64,000 bases of DNA from Candidatus Hodarchaeota archaeon (GTDB taxonomy: Archaea > Asgardarchaeota > Heimdallarchaeia > Hodarchaeales > Hodarchaeaceae): positions 32,001 to 96,000 of the forward strand of contig JAEOTM010000204.1 in NCBI GenBank assembly GCA_016839815.1, given 5' to 3'. A program made the translations under genes and the position numbers. The notes under the pieces were generated by a model, which saw only the letters and a program-made list of their open reading frames with translations, made no database searches and had not been told where the DNA came from. Positions 40,207 to 49,722 of the stretch are shown here, one piece after another. The stretch's first letter is position 1. Each line of letters starts with the position of its first letter.

Positions 40207-41358
40207 ATGAAAAATTGTCCCAGTTGCAATTCTCAAGTGAGTACAAAAGATATTTTCTGTTCTAATTGTGGATATAACGTATTAACAACCGATGTTGTCA
40301 CTCAAGCACACGAAATGCTCAAAAAAACAATAGATTTGAATTTGACAACAATAGAAAAATTTAAAAACCTTCAAAATCAATTAAATGGTTTATCAACTAT
40401 TCCAGATGAACTAAAAAATACAAAAGCCTATTTAAATTCATTAAACGACTCCTTTATGAGTTCTCAAATACAACTTGACGAATTATCACAGATAAGAAAA
40501 GCAGAGGAGGAAGATGTCAAAAAACTAGAAAACCTCTCCGTGACCTCGCTAGTCGCAAGAATTAAAGGGAATAAAGACAAGCGACTAGAAAAAGAGCGAT
40601 TAGAGTTATTAAATGCCCTGAACAAGGAAGAAACCGTTAAAAAGGAACATGAAAGATTAATAACTGTTATAAATAGCACCAAGTCCCAAGTTCAAGAATT
40701 AGAAAAATTAAGTTCAATAAAAGTGACTTTAGAAAAGGACTTACGTAACCTTCTAGATGAAGTGTGTGAAGGGGTGGCTGATCCAGTCGAAGATGCGATT
40801 GAAAAGAAATTAAGGGAAGCAAAAAATAGTCTACAGCCAATTGAACATCAACGGGGACGGATCATGAGAGCAAAAAATCATCTTGAGCATGCTATTGACA
40901 ATCTTCACCTAGCAGAAAAAGAACTCGGGGGGGCAAGTGGGATGGCTACCTGGGACACATTTTTTGGTGGAGGGATGATTGCTGATTCCATCAAACATTC
41001 ACGGATGTCTACTGCACGAGATAGAGTATATAGTGCCCAAACGAGCTTAAAACATGCCCAACGAGAATATCCAGATATTCCAGACATGAAAGGAGGTTAC
41101 ATTGAAGATATCTCATTCTTTTGGGACGGATTCATGGATAACATCTTTAGTGATCTTTCAGCACGTGATAAGATAATGAGATCACGTCAGAGTGTGCAAG
41201 AGGCCTTAGACCACACCCAATCATCTTTGAACTATCTTAATAAAGAAATTGACATGCTAAAGATAAATTTTGACAAAAAAAACAAGCAAATCACCGAACT
41301 TGAAGATCAATTATATCAAGAAAGGATTAGAATGATTCAAAAAGCCATCAATACGTAA
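40207..41358 (+). CDS. Zinc-ribbon plus coiled-coil protein
   Basis: CPSC...FCSNCG, long coiled coil, TWDTFFGGGMIADSIKH and DGFMDNIFSDL segments. Confidence 0.75.
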   Translation: MKNCPSCNSQVSTKDIFCSNCGYNVLTTDVVTQAHEMLKKTIDLNLTTIEKFKNLQNQLNGLSTIPDELKNTKAYLNSLNDSFMSSQIQLDELSQIRKAEEEDVKKLENLSVTSLVARIKGNKDKRLEKERLELLNALNKEETVKKEHERLITVINSTKSQVQELEKLSSIKVTLEKDLRNLLDEVCEGVADPVEDAIEKKLREAKNSLQPIEHQRGRIMRAKNHLEHAIDNLHLAEKELGGASGMATWDTFFGGGMIADSIKHSRMSTARDRVYSAQTSLKHAQREYPDIPDMKGGYIEDISFFWDGFMDNIFSDLSARDKIMRSRQSVQEALDHTQSSLNYLNKEIDMLKINFDKKNKQITELEDQLYQERIRMIQKAINT

Positions 41359-41447
41359 GTCAGCTCTATAATAGTACCACTAACGATAAAATTTATGATT
41401 CTTCAGTAGATTATTATCCAAGGAAGTAGAACGTTAAGAGGTAAATT

Positions 41448-42419
41448 TTGGTGCACATTCCAGAAACTGTACTAGAATGGTTACTAGAGGATGAAAATCC
41501 CTCTGTCCGATATAGATGTATGCTAGAATTGCAGGATCGGCCAAAAACAGATGGAGTGGTTAAAAAAGTTAAAAATGAAGTAGATACGTCTCCAATAGTT
41601 CAGAATATATTACAGAAGATGCATCCAGAAGGATATTGGGAAGTGAAAAAACGAGATGGACGGATGATTGGAGCAGGAGTGGAATATGCAGACTGGAGTA
41701 CCACACATTATGTCTTGAGTTATCTAGTAGAGCTAGGTATGACAAAAGAGAATCCACAAGTGAAAAAAGCAGCAGACCGGTATCTTTCGCTCCAACAACC
41801 AGACGGAGACTTCTGGGATCATTTTTCGTGCTTGTACGGACTAAATATCCGAACTTTCATCAAGCTAGGATATTTTGAGGATTCACGACTCCAAAAGACT
41901 ATAAATTTGTTGAAAACAATGATTCGTGAGGATCAAGGCTATTTGTGCGATATGCATGAAGGAAAAAGGAAAACACGTCTAACCAAGAGCTGCTATCGAG
42001 GAACGGTTAAAGCGCTATTTGCCATCAGTGAACTGCCAGAGCTATGGACGGAAGTATATGCTCAGCGTTTAATCAACTACTTTCTTGATCGGAATATCCT
42101 TTTTAAAACAAAAAAACCTGCAGACTTTGTCACGAGAGAAACAGGGAAAACAATCTTTCCCTTTTCGTATCGAGCAGGACTTCTTGAAACTCTCTATGCC
42201 CTAGGAAGAATGGGGTATGGTGAAGATCCCCGTGTTTCCGCTGCTTGGAATCTTCTCCAAGAACATCGAACTTCGACTGGCAAATACGTGCTTGACTGGA
42301 CTCCTGGCAAGACCACCAATCGTTATTTCTATCCAGGTCCAAAACAAACAGAAAACAAATGGGTAACATTTTATGCATATTTATGCTTAAGATACAAAGA
42401 AGAAGGCATTCAATCATAA
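41448..42419 (+). CDS. Alpha/alpha-barrel (prenyltransferase/squalene-cyclase-repeat-like) protein
   Basis: WLLEDENPSVRY, MHPEGYW, LQQPDGDF, NKWVT. Confidence 0.7.
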   Translation: MVHIPETVLEWLLEDENPSVRYRCMLELQDRPKTDGVVKKVKNEVDTSPIVQNILQKMHPEGYWEVKKRDGRMIGAGVEYADWSTTHYVLSYLVELGMTKENPQVKKAADRYLSLQQPDGDFWDHFSCLYGLNIRTFIKLGYFEDSRLQKTINLLKTMIREDQGYLCDMHEGKRKTRLTKSCYRGTVKALFAISELPELWTEVYAQRLINYFLDRNILFKTKKPADFVTRETGKTIFPFSYRAGLLETLYALGRMGYGEDPRVSAAWNLLQEHRTSTGKYVLDWTPGKTTNRYFYPGPKQTENKWVTFYAYLCLRYKEEGIQS

Positions 42420-42507
42420 AATTCTAGGTTTCAGAAGGTTAATAATGAGGTTAACAAAACTCAGTGAAATTACTTTTGAAGTTACATAGAGCTTCAATTA
42501 CAAAGGA

Positions 42508-43347
42508 ATGAGTTTAATGAGTTTAACAAAACAATTTGATCTTAACAAGAAACTAATTGGCAGGAGTAGATGGGATTGGGCTGAAAAAAACCACAAAGAA
42601 TTAGGGAAAATGCTTGAATACCAAGCATGTTTAGTACCTACGCTTCCAGAAGATAAAGAAGAAAGGAAAAAATTCATCGCCGATCGTGATGACGAAATTA
42701 TCCCCTTTGAGGAGGAGAAAAAGCGTGCATCGTTTTTCTTTAGTGCAAAACCGATACCTTCAAAAGAGACCTCCCATTTAACCAATTTATTCGGATATGC
42801 ATGCCCCATAAAAATAGGATCAGGAAGGGGGATGAGAAAGTGGTATGTTAGCGAATATACCTACACAACCATTATTCCGTCCAAAATCGAGGAAATCATT
42901 CTTTTCGCGGTAAAAAGGGGATTCCGTACTCCATCAAGAGAGTTCTATCCTTATCCTTTTCCAGAAGAAATAGGCCAAGTTTCTATCACAGAGGATGATT
43001 TGTTCAGAGACGCAGAAGTAGGGTTTAGTTTTACAGATGCCTTGCACGCGCTTCGACTAACCTTAAGCATGAGGAAATCTACTTGGGGCAAAATTAAAGG
43101 TCAAAAATCACCTATTTCAACAGCATTAAATAAACATAAAAAACTCAAGGGAGAAGTGAGTCGTTTTCAGGCTCTTTCAAATGCTCCCAGCATAGGAGGA
43201 GTAGGGTTAGTAACCGAAGATCTGGGAATTAGTACCATTGTCATTCCTAGTGGAGAGCAGACAATAGTCCAAGTCGGATCGTTTAAGAAAGATCCTAAAC
43301 GAGCGATCAAGGCCCTGAATTATCTAGCCGAATATGTACAAATTTAG
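42508..43347 (+). CDS. Hypothetical protein
   Basis: 279-aa ORF followed by a T-tract. No motif recognised. Confidence 0.7.
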   Translation: MSLMSLTKQFDLNKKLIGRSRWDWAEKNHKELGKMLEYQACLVPTLPEDKEERKKFIADRDDEIIPFEEEKKRASFFFSAKPIPSKETSHLTNLFGYACPIKIGSGRGMRKWYVSEYTYTTIIPSKIEEIILFAVKRGFRTPSREFYPYPFPEEIGQVSITEDDLFRDAEVGFSFTDALHALRLTLSMRKSTWGKIKGQKSPISTALNKHKKLKGEVSRFQALSNAPSIGGVGLVTEDLGISTIVIPSGEQTIVQVGSFKKDPKRAIKALNYLAEYVQI

Positions 43348-43476
43348 GGGAAATTTTTTTCCCAAGACCTCTTTTTTTTTCCATTACTTGTCTCTTGTAC
43401 ATTCTTCTCTAAGCACATATTTTTAAACTCCTTACAGTCATTACCCAAAAACCATCAAATCACCGAAGGAATCCAA

Positions 43477-44127
43477 ATGGTTCTCTTGACAATCTTACAT
43501 TATGACCCAACTGCATTTGATTATGCGTTTATTGATGTGATGCACCTTCAAGGGGTAATTTATCCCCTTTTATTTCATCTATTCTTGGTTCAGTATGTAT
43601 ATCAGGATGTAGAGGAACCAAATTCATTTCAAGGGAAATTTTGGACCGGATTAGTATTCTGTACCAATATTCTAGGACTTATCCTTTACTTTTTCATTAC
43701 CAAAGAACAAACACTAAGTACACGGATAACAGCCGCATTTAGCATGATGAATGCATTCATTCTCTTACTTGTTGGTGACTTGTACTTTTTTGCAATTACT
43801 CCTTCCGTTGCGCAAGTATTTTTTGGACCGATTCCTTTATTCTTCCAGTTTGTTATAATACTCATCATTCTTGGATCAGGTATATGTGCTTTGTGGATTG
43901 GGTTTCAGGTAATTGGAGGGAATTGTTCAGAAGCAGAAATTCTTCATACACTTATTCTCGCAAGTATTGGTCTATTTCTAATCTGTATTACACTACCCAC
44001 GGTGATTCAAACTCCATCAAGGGGTGGAGGATTTATTGGTGTAATTGGAGGTATGTGTCTCATCACTCCTATTTACACTCTTCTAGTTCGAGACGCTATT
44101 CGAACAAGGGAATATCAAGATGACTAG
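43477..44127 (+). CDS. Multi-pass membrane protein
   Basis: About six hydrophobic segments. YVYQDV...W..LV....ILGLILYFF resembles a PLDc_N-like segment. Confidence 0.7.
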   Translation: MVLLTILHYDPTAFDYAFIDVMHLQGVIYPLLFHLFLVQYVYQDVEEPNSFQGKFWTGLVFCTNILGLILYFFITKEQTLSTRITAAFSMMNAFILLLVGDLYFFAITPSVAQVFFGPIPLFFQFVIILIILGSGICALWIGFQVIGGNCSEAEILHTLILASIGLFLICITLPTVIQTPSRGGGFIGVIGGMCLITPIYTLLVRDAIRTREYQDD

Positions 44128-44139
44128 ATTGGAATTGGA

Positions 44140-44829
44140 ATGAAAAATCTGAAAATACAGCTCCGAAAGAACTGGCAACAACGAGTCTTCCTCTTCGGGA
44201 TGATTGGAAGCATTCAATTTCTTGTTCTTTCAGGAGTAGCTATAATTTTCTATCCAGGGAATTATTTATTCTTCAACGAACCTTTAAGCTACTTAGGATT
44301 CACACACATTGAAGGAGAATCAAATTTAATAGCAGGTTTTCTCTTTAATTCAAGTATGTTTCTATTAGGTATCTCAATAATCGCTTTATTTCCTAGTATG
44401 ATTCCTTTTTTTAATTCAACAGTCCCTGAAAAATGGTTTAGTCTGGCAGGATCAATCTTCGCAATTTTTTCTGGAATCGCGATGGTAGGGGCCGCACTAA
44501 CCCCAGGGGATATTAACTACGAGGCTCATATCCTTATTGCTCCTTATACCTTTTTATTCGGAATCCTCATGGTAGCATTCTTTACTGTGCCAATGATTCT
44601 AAATAAGGATTATCCAAGACAATATACACTCGTAGCAATTAGCTATGTGTTTATTATGATGATCTGTTTAAGCCTGCTGTCCCTTGGCCCCGCATATGAC
44701 ACTCCAGAAGGGCAAACATTTCAAGTCACTACTCAAAAACTCGCAATCTATTGGGAAGTCCTAACATTATTTGTATTATCCTTGGGAGGTCTAAGATACA
44801 CAGCTCCCTCACATTCCGACATAATTTGA
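44140..44829 (+). CDS. DUF998-like membrane protein
   Basis: YPGNYLFFNEPLSYLG, FN, PGDINYEAH, QK motifs. About six TM segments. Confidence 0.7.
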   Translation: MKNLKIQLRKNWQQRVFLFGMIGSIQFLVLSGVAIIFYPGNYLFFNEPLSYLGFTHIEGESNLIAGFLFNSSMFLLGISIIALFPSMIPFFNSTVPEKWFSLAGSIFAIFSGIAMVGAALTPGDINYEAHILIAPYTFLFGILMVAFFTVPMILNKDYPRQYTLVAISYVFIMMICLSLLSLGPAYDTPEGQTFQVTTQKLAIYWEVLTLFVLSLGGLRYTAPSHSDII

Positions 44830-45027
44830 AGTTTTTAGGGGAAATTACTAGGAATATCGGCATAAACAGTATGGAAAATCCCAAGGATGCTTCCACTGTC
44901 TGGCCAGTAGTCATCTACAGGATAGTGGAGGTGTAACTCCTCCTGTCCAGAAATCTTTTCAATGAGTTGTCTGATAATATTTGTCATAGTTATATTCTCA
45001 AAGTGCTAGATGAATGAGGATTGATGG

Positions 45028-45495
45028 ATGAAATTAACAGACCATATATTCATTAAAGTAAATGAGACGAAAGACTTGGTTCTGGTTGAAACAACTTCAG
45101 GGATGACAAAACTGGATGCGTCAAGTTTAAATAAACTAATGATGGCTTTAAAGCCGCTTTATTTTGAAATCAATCCATTATCCCGGCTTCTGTGGCAATT
45201 AATCAAACAACCTCAACCTGAACTAGTAGAGAGAATTTTGGGTCATTTTGAATCCGATCCAATGGTTTCTGAACGCCTTCAGGGGTATTTAACCTACTTA
45301 GAAAACCAAATCAGCAAGCAATTATCATTAATTGAACCCCAAGATAGCAATGCAGCTGTTCTTGATGAGGAGGATGAGAGGTCTATGAGATATTGGGAAT
45401 CAAGACGGCAGAGAGTAGTGCAAGCAAAAAGCCAGTGGCTTAGAAAACAAGACTCAGAGGAGTTACTGACAATTTTAGCGCCAAATCTACCTTAA
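45028..45495 (+). CDS. Hypothetical protein
   Basis: 155-aa ORF with GAGG RBS. Confidence 0.65.
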   Translation: MKLTDHIFIKVNETKDLVLVETTSGMTKLDASSLNKLMMALKPLYFEINPLSRLLWQLIKQPQPELVERILGHFESDPMVSERLQGYLTYLENQISKQLSLIEPQDSNAAVLDEEDERSMRYWESRRQRVVQAKSQWLRKQDSEELLTILAPNLP

Positions 45496-45757
45496 CTCTG
45501 ACTTATATTAGGATTCTAAAAATAGGGGGAGGGAAAAACTCAACCTATAAAAGAGATGGGAGGATTGGGTGAGGGAAAATGAATAATTAATACACAACTT
45601 CTATGCAAGCTACGTACTATTCTTAAAGTTATTAAAAAAATCGAAAATTACGTTTCAGAGAATAATTGAAAGGAGAATCAAAGAGCATTTAAGATTAGGA
45701 GACAATTCAAACCCTCCTATTCTAGAGAAAAAAAAGAGAGAAGGAGCAGAAACCTAA

Positions 45758-46786
45758 GTGGAAAATCTTCAATACAATAATTCAACCTCAAGATGCATAC
45801 GGTGTGGAAAAAGTATAGGAATCTCAAGGAGTTTCGAAAAACAACGTCTATATTATTGTTCCCTTCAGTGTAATTTAAGGAGTTTATGGATTGGATATCT
45901 TTTTTTTGGATATTTTGGCTTCATTTGGAGTGAGGCCTCGTTTGAACGAATTAGCTCGAAATCCACTCTTGATATGTTCGGTATTTGGGAAGGTACTTTT
46001 CATTTTGGTTTAAACTTAATTTCCCTCTTACTGTTTGGATGGGGAATTGTAGGTACGATCGTATTTTTTTTCTATCAGATCTACAATCGAATGGACTATC
46101 AATCAGATCCAAGAAATCAACACCAATTAGGACTCACCACAGACCACAGACCAATATATCCGTTCATCCTTCATTCTGGGGGAAAACAAATATTCATATT
46201 GATTTTTATCTTGGTTTTCTATTTCATTCTCGATTGGAACCTACTTTCAGTAATCACACGAAATAACCTCGTCAATCTTATGCCGAAATCGTGGGAAGTG
46301 TCTTCATTGGATGGTTCGATACCCACTTTCCTTTTAAATGCTCCTTTTCCATTTATTGAAGCATCGAGAAATACTCCAGGAATTCATTTTCCTGTAGCGA
46401 ACGGTGATTACTTTTTTATTAAGTCCACCTCCTTACTGATGGTTCCAGCAATAGTAATTCCTCTTATTGCAATTAGTAACGCGCGTACGGCTTGGAAAAT
46501 GCCAACTATGTTTCTTATTTTCCTTCTTACCGTTTTTATGAACATAATTCGGTTGCTAGTACTATTTACTCTTCTCCATCAGGCATTAACTACTGGTACT
46601 AATCCAGAAACTGCCTTTTACCAGATATTCGATGCTCCTCACACTCTAATTCTTGCGATCTTTCTTTTCCTGACGACCGGTGTTGTTGAGATTTTAGGTA
46701 TTCCTCTTCTGGACAGTCTTGCGGAGTTGTTCCTGATTCCACGTGATTTGAGTAGCAGATTTTTCCGGTCAATTCGAGGGGACTAG
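45758..46786 (+). CDS. Exosortase/archaeosortase-like membrane protein with N-terminal zinc finger; catalytic Cys apparently replaced
   Basis: CIRC...YCSLQC, then FMNIIR and DAPH at sortase-like positions. KSTS stands where C[TS]G is expected. Confidence 0.55.
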   Translation: MENLQYNNSTSRCIRCGKSIGISRSFEKQRLYYCSLQCNLRSLWIGYLFFGYFGFIWSEASFERISSKSTLDMFGIWEGTFHFGLNLISLLLFGWGIVGTIVFFFYQIYNRMDYQSDPRNQHQLGLTTDHRPIYPFILHSGGKQIFILIFILVFYFILDWNLLSVITRNNLVNLMPKSWEVSSLDGSIPTFLLNAPFPFIEASRNTPGIHFPVANGDYFFIKSTSLLMVPAIVIPLIAISNARTAWKMPTMFLIFLLTVFMNIIRLLVLFTLLHQALTTGTNPETAFYQIFDAPHTLILAIFLFLTTGVVEILGIPLLDSLAELFLIPRDLSSRFFRSIRGD

Positions 46787-46854
46787 AACCTACAGTGTTT
46801 AAATGTAGCCCCGCATCTCTCATAACCAAATAATTAATATAACACAAGGAAAAA

Positions 46855-46883
46855 AGAAGTGACCACTAGACACAAGACCAGAA
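46855..46883 (+). repeat. Dispersed repeat copy R1 (block A only)
   Basis: agaagtgaccactagacacaagaccagaa is 27/29 identical to 47472-47500. Confidence 0.9.
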
Positions 46884-46930
46884 CTACTCATAAATATATT
46901 AGTATAGCATCAATCAAGAAGCGATGAATT

Positions 46931-47455
46931 TTGAATAGGAGTCAAAAGGATAAGTATATAATTAGAGTTTCTCTATTAAGCCATCCTGAGGATCTATTAC
47001 TCCCTTTAATCCGTGCATTGATTCAAAAATATAAAGGACAAACAACAAATCATACATTTGAAGACTTAACTCTCACTGCTTCAACAATAAAGATCCGGGT
47101 GGCTAATAGAATTGTAAAAGTGATTCTAGTACAGCCTATTGGTCGTGGATTCTTCAAAAAAATGTACGGTCATCACTTTCGATCTAGTGGAGCCATTATT
47201 GCATTTTCAAAAGATAAAAATGATTCATTTGAAGCATCAAGGGCCTTATACCAGCGTTTCAAGGATATCAATACTGCTGAGGTTCCAATTGCATTTGTGG
47301 GGATCCAAGAGTCACCTGATGACCTTGTTACTGATGAAGCCATTCAGCTGGAGGTAGGTACCTCTGAATTCTATTATTTTATTCAGCAGAATGATTTTGA
47401 AGTATTAGGGAAAATCCTCCTCTCCTTAGTAACAAAAATCTTCACACCTGCTTAG
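46931..47455 (+). CDS. Highly degenerate small-GTPase-fold protein
   Basis: Strand order YIIRVSLL / IKIRVANRIVKVILV / SSGAIIAFS...SFE / VPIAFVG matches the Ras fold. No G-box residues. Confidence 0.55.
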   Translation: MNRSQKDKYIIRVSLLSHPEDLLLPLIRALIQKYKGQTTNHTFEDLTLTASTIKIRVANRIVKVILVQPIGRGFFKKMYGHHFRSSGAIIAFSKDKNDSFEASRALYQRFKDINTAEVPIAFVGIQESPDDLVTDEAIQLEVGTSEFYYFIQQNDFEVLGKILLSLVTKIFTPA

Positions 47456-47471
47456 CAGCAGTTATTCACAG

Positions 47472-47616
47472 AGAAGTGACCACCAGACATAAGACCAGAA
47501 GACTTATCTACACACTCTAATTGACTCCTTAAGGTTATTTTTCTGAGTTTGAAAAAAACGAGAAGACTGACCCTTTCCACGTTAATCTTGTATTATTAGT
47601 CCTTGTGTGATAGGAA
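47472..47616 (+). repeat. Dispersed repeat copy R2 (full)
   Basis: Block A, then gactccttaagg, aaaaaacgagaagactgaccctttccac and ccttgtgtgatagga. Confidence 0.92.
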
Positions 47617-48020
47617 TGAGTTAGAAAATTAAATGGAAATCCCATAAGCATTCAAAATTCCTTTTTTAAGGCGATATAGTATATACTAATTAATCGATAT
47701 TTAGAGAGTACTAAGAACCACAAAAAGGACGTTATCCCCAATATTTTTACTTGTAAATGAGAGGACTGAAGAATTTCACATTCTAAAGTCCTTAAAATCA
47801 TGTCTAGCATTGTAATCGGTCTCTATTGTAGAAAAAATAAGTTTCTATCGAGAAATGAAATGAGAATTCCGATTTAACACGCCTGACGTCCACATTCCAC
47901 CTCTAGATGATTCCTTTTATTTTATCAAGTTCTTCAATAATAATTTAAAGCTCTGTTGTGAAAAGTAAGGAATAAGTAGGTCAACCTCGCTGAAGCTGGC
48001 AGGCAAAGAGAGGGAAATAT

Positions 48021-48653
48021 ATGAGAAGCCAAAAGTTAATTGGAACGAAAATTCGAATAAAAATCGTACTGATTGGAGATGGAGGGGTTGGAAAAACCAC
48101 TCTTCGACGCACATGGTTAGGAGAAGAGTTTAAAACCGAGTATCATATGACTATTGGCGCTGATTTTGCATCCAAAGAAGTAAGTTACTATCATTCCCCA
48201 ACAAAAACTACCTATAAAATCAAATTTCAAGTGTGGGATTTAGCTGGACAACCGATGTTTAAGGCAGTACAAGAGCTGTATTACCGGGGTGCAGTCGGAG
48301 CATTATGCTTTTTTGATATAACAAATCAGGAATCGTACATGCATTTGGTCGAGTGGATTCAAAGTTTCTGGAACTTAAATGGCAAGGGGAAAAGTCCCCT
48401 GCTTATTGTCGCTTCAAAATGTGATCTTCGCGACAATCCCGCATTTCCAAATCAGGTATCTGCCCACTATGGCAAAGAATATGCGGAAAAACTATCCAAA
48501 TCACTAAAAGATGAATTAGGGTTTTCTGTACATTATGTAGAAACCTCCGCAAAAGACGATATCAATGTGGATAACGTATTCAAGATGTTAGCAGGGGAAA
48601 TTATATCTAGCTACACCTTTCAGGAAAAAAAGGAAGAAACACCTACAAGGTAA
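48021..48653 (+). CDS. Rab-like small GTPase, paralog A
   Basis: GDGGVGKTT, TIGADF, WDLAGQ, YYRGA, SKCD, ETSAK. Confidence 0.95.
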   Translation: MRSQKLIGTKIRIKIVLIGDGGVGKTTLRRTWLGEEFKTEYHMTIGADFASKEVSYYHSPTKTTYKIKFQVWDLAGQPMFKAVQELYYRGAVGALCFFDITNQESYMHLVEWIQSFWNLNGKGKSPLLIVASKCDLRDNPAFPNQVSAHYGKEYAEKLSKSLKDELGFSVHYVETSAKDDINVDNVFKMLAGEIISSYTFQEKKEETPTR

Positions 48654-48824
48654 TTTATTTACCTTAACTAATTTTCCACATCAGTAATCCGTGGAAAAGG
48701 AGTGGGAGTTCCGTGAGAACAGAAACAGAAGTGCAACCTCCATCCAAAGACAATGATAATCCTATATATTACAAAACTCTCAGAGAAGAAAAGTCCATAG
48801 GACACTACTATTGAATAATTAGAA

Positions 48825-49439
48825 TTATCTACCTTTCTTCTTACGGTATAAAATTAAAACAAATAGATTGGGAAAGAAGGAAAGATACAGAAGACCAGGA
48901 GTGAAGACAGAACGAGAAGCAGGGAGAGTGGATAAAGGCCAGGTAGTGATTCTAGAAGGTGCTCCAACAAAGGTGGAAACACAAAAGGTGTCACTAGAAG
49001 TGGTAATAGCCAACCAGATAACTCCATAAACAAAACAACCCTCCACGAGAAAATCAAAAGAAGAACTAGTAGACAAAGAATAGGAAGGAGGAGAAATACT
49101 AACTGGATCAGAATAATTCCAAGTAACTCCTCCAAAGGTGACCTCATGCCAGAGACGAAGGGAAATGACCTCACAAGGAGAAGAACCATGATAGGTTAAA
49201 CGGATAACGAGTTGAGAATAACCCATACAATCCCAGGTAACCACCTCGGTATAATTAGGAGGATGAGGACCAGGGACAAATTGTGTCTCTCCATAATAAC
49301 CGAGAACAGACAAAGAAAATCCATCGGATGAGGTCGAAGGAATTGAAACGAAAAAAATGCTATTTGACAAAAATAGAAGACTAATCCCTATCAAAAACAG
49401 ACCAGAAAGGAACTTCATTGCAAGAGACCTTCTTATCAT
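48825..49439 (-). CDS. Secreted/anchored hypothetical surface protein
   Basis: Signal peptide and TPGL-TM-RKKKGR tail. The coding strand is strongly pyrimidine-rich. Confidence 0.65.
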   Translation of the reverse strand: MIRRSLAMKFLSGLFLIGISLLFLSNSIFFVSIPSTSSDGFSLSVLGYYGETQFVPGPHPPNYTEVVTWDCMGYSQLVIRLTYHGSSPCEVISLRLWHEVTFGGVTWNYSDPVSISPPSYSLSTSSSFDFLVEGCFVYGVIWLAITTSSDTFCVSTFVGAPSRITTWPLSTLPASRSVFTPGLLYLSFFPNLFVLILYRKKKGR

Positions 49440-49530
49440 CTTACGTGTCTAACTAGACTTAAGAAATCTTGGATGACAACACACCTATCACGCAAGAATT
49501 AGGGTGAGAATATTTTTTCAAAAAGGAGAT

Positions 49531-49670
49531 AATCCCCAGATATAAAACTCCAAAACTCATCAACCACACTTTTACAACTCCTGGAGGTGATTTCTTCTCT
49601 TATTTAGAAATAAACGCGAGGCCTGACCCTTTTTACATTTCTAATAAGAAAGAATCCTTGTACGATTAGT
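49531..49670 (+). repeat. Dispersed repeat copy R3 (degenerate, full length)
   Basis: ccccagatataaaac...aactcctggagg...aaacgcgaggcctgaccctttttac...tccttgtacga. Confidence 0.8.
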
Positions 49671-49722
49671 ATTGAACGGGACGTGGAATAATAGAAGGTC
49701 AGTCAAAGAGAAACTTTCAGTT

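Noticed and set aside
49693-49704. Inverted 12-mer resembling repeat block C (agaaggtcagtc)
   Set aside because: It is too short and has no flanking blocks, so it could be chance.
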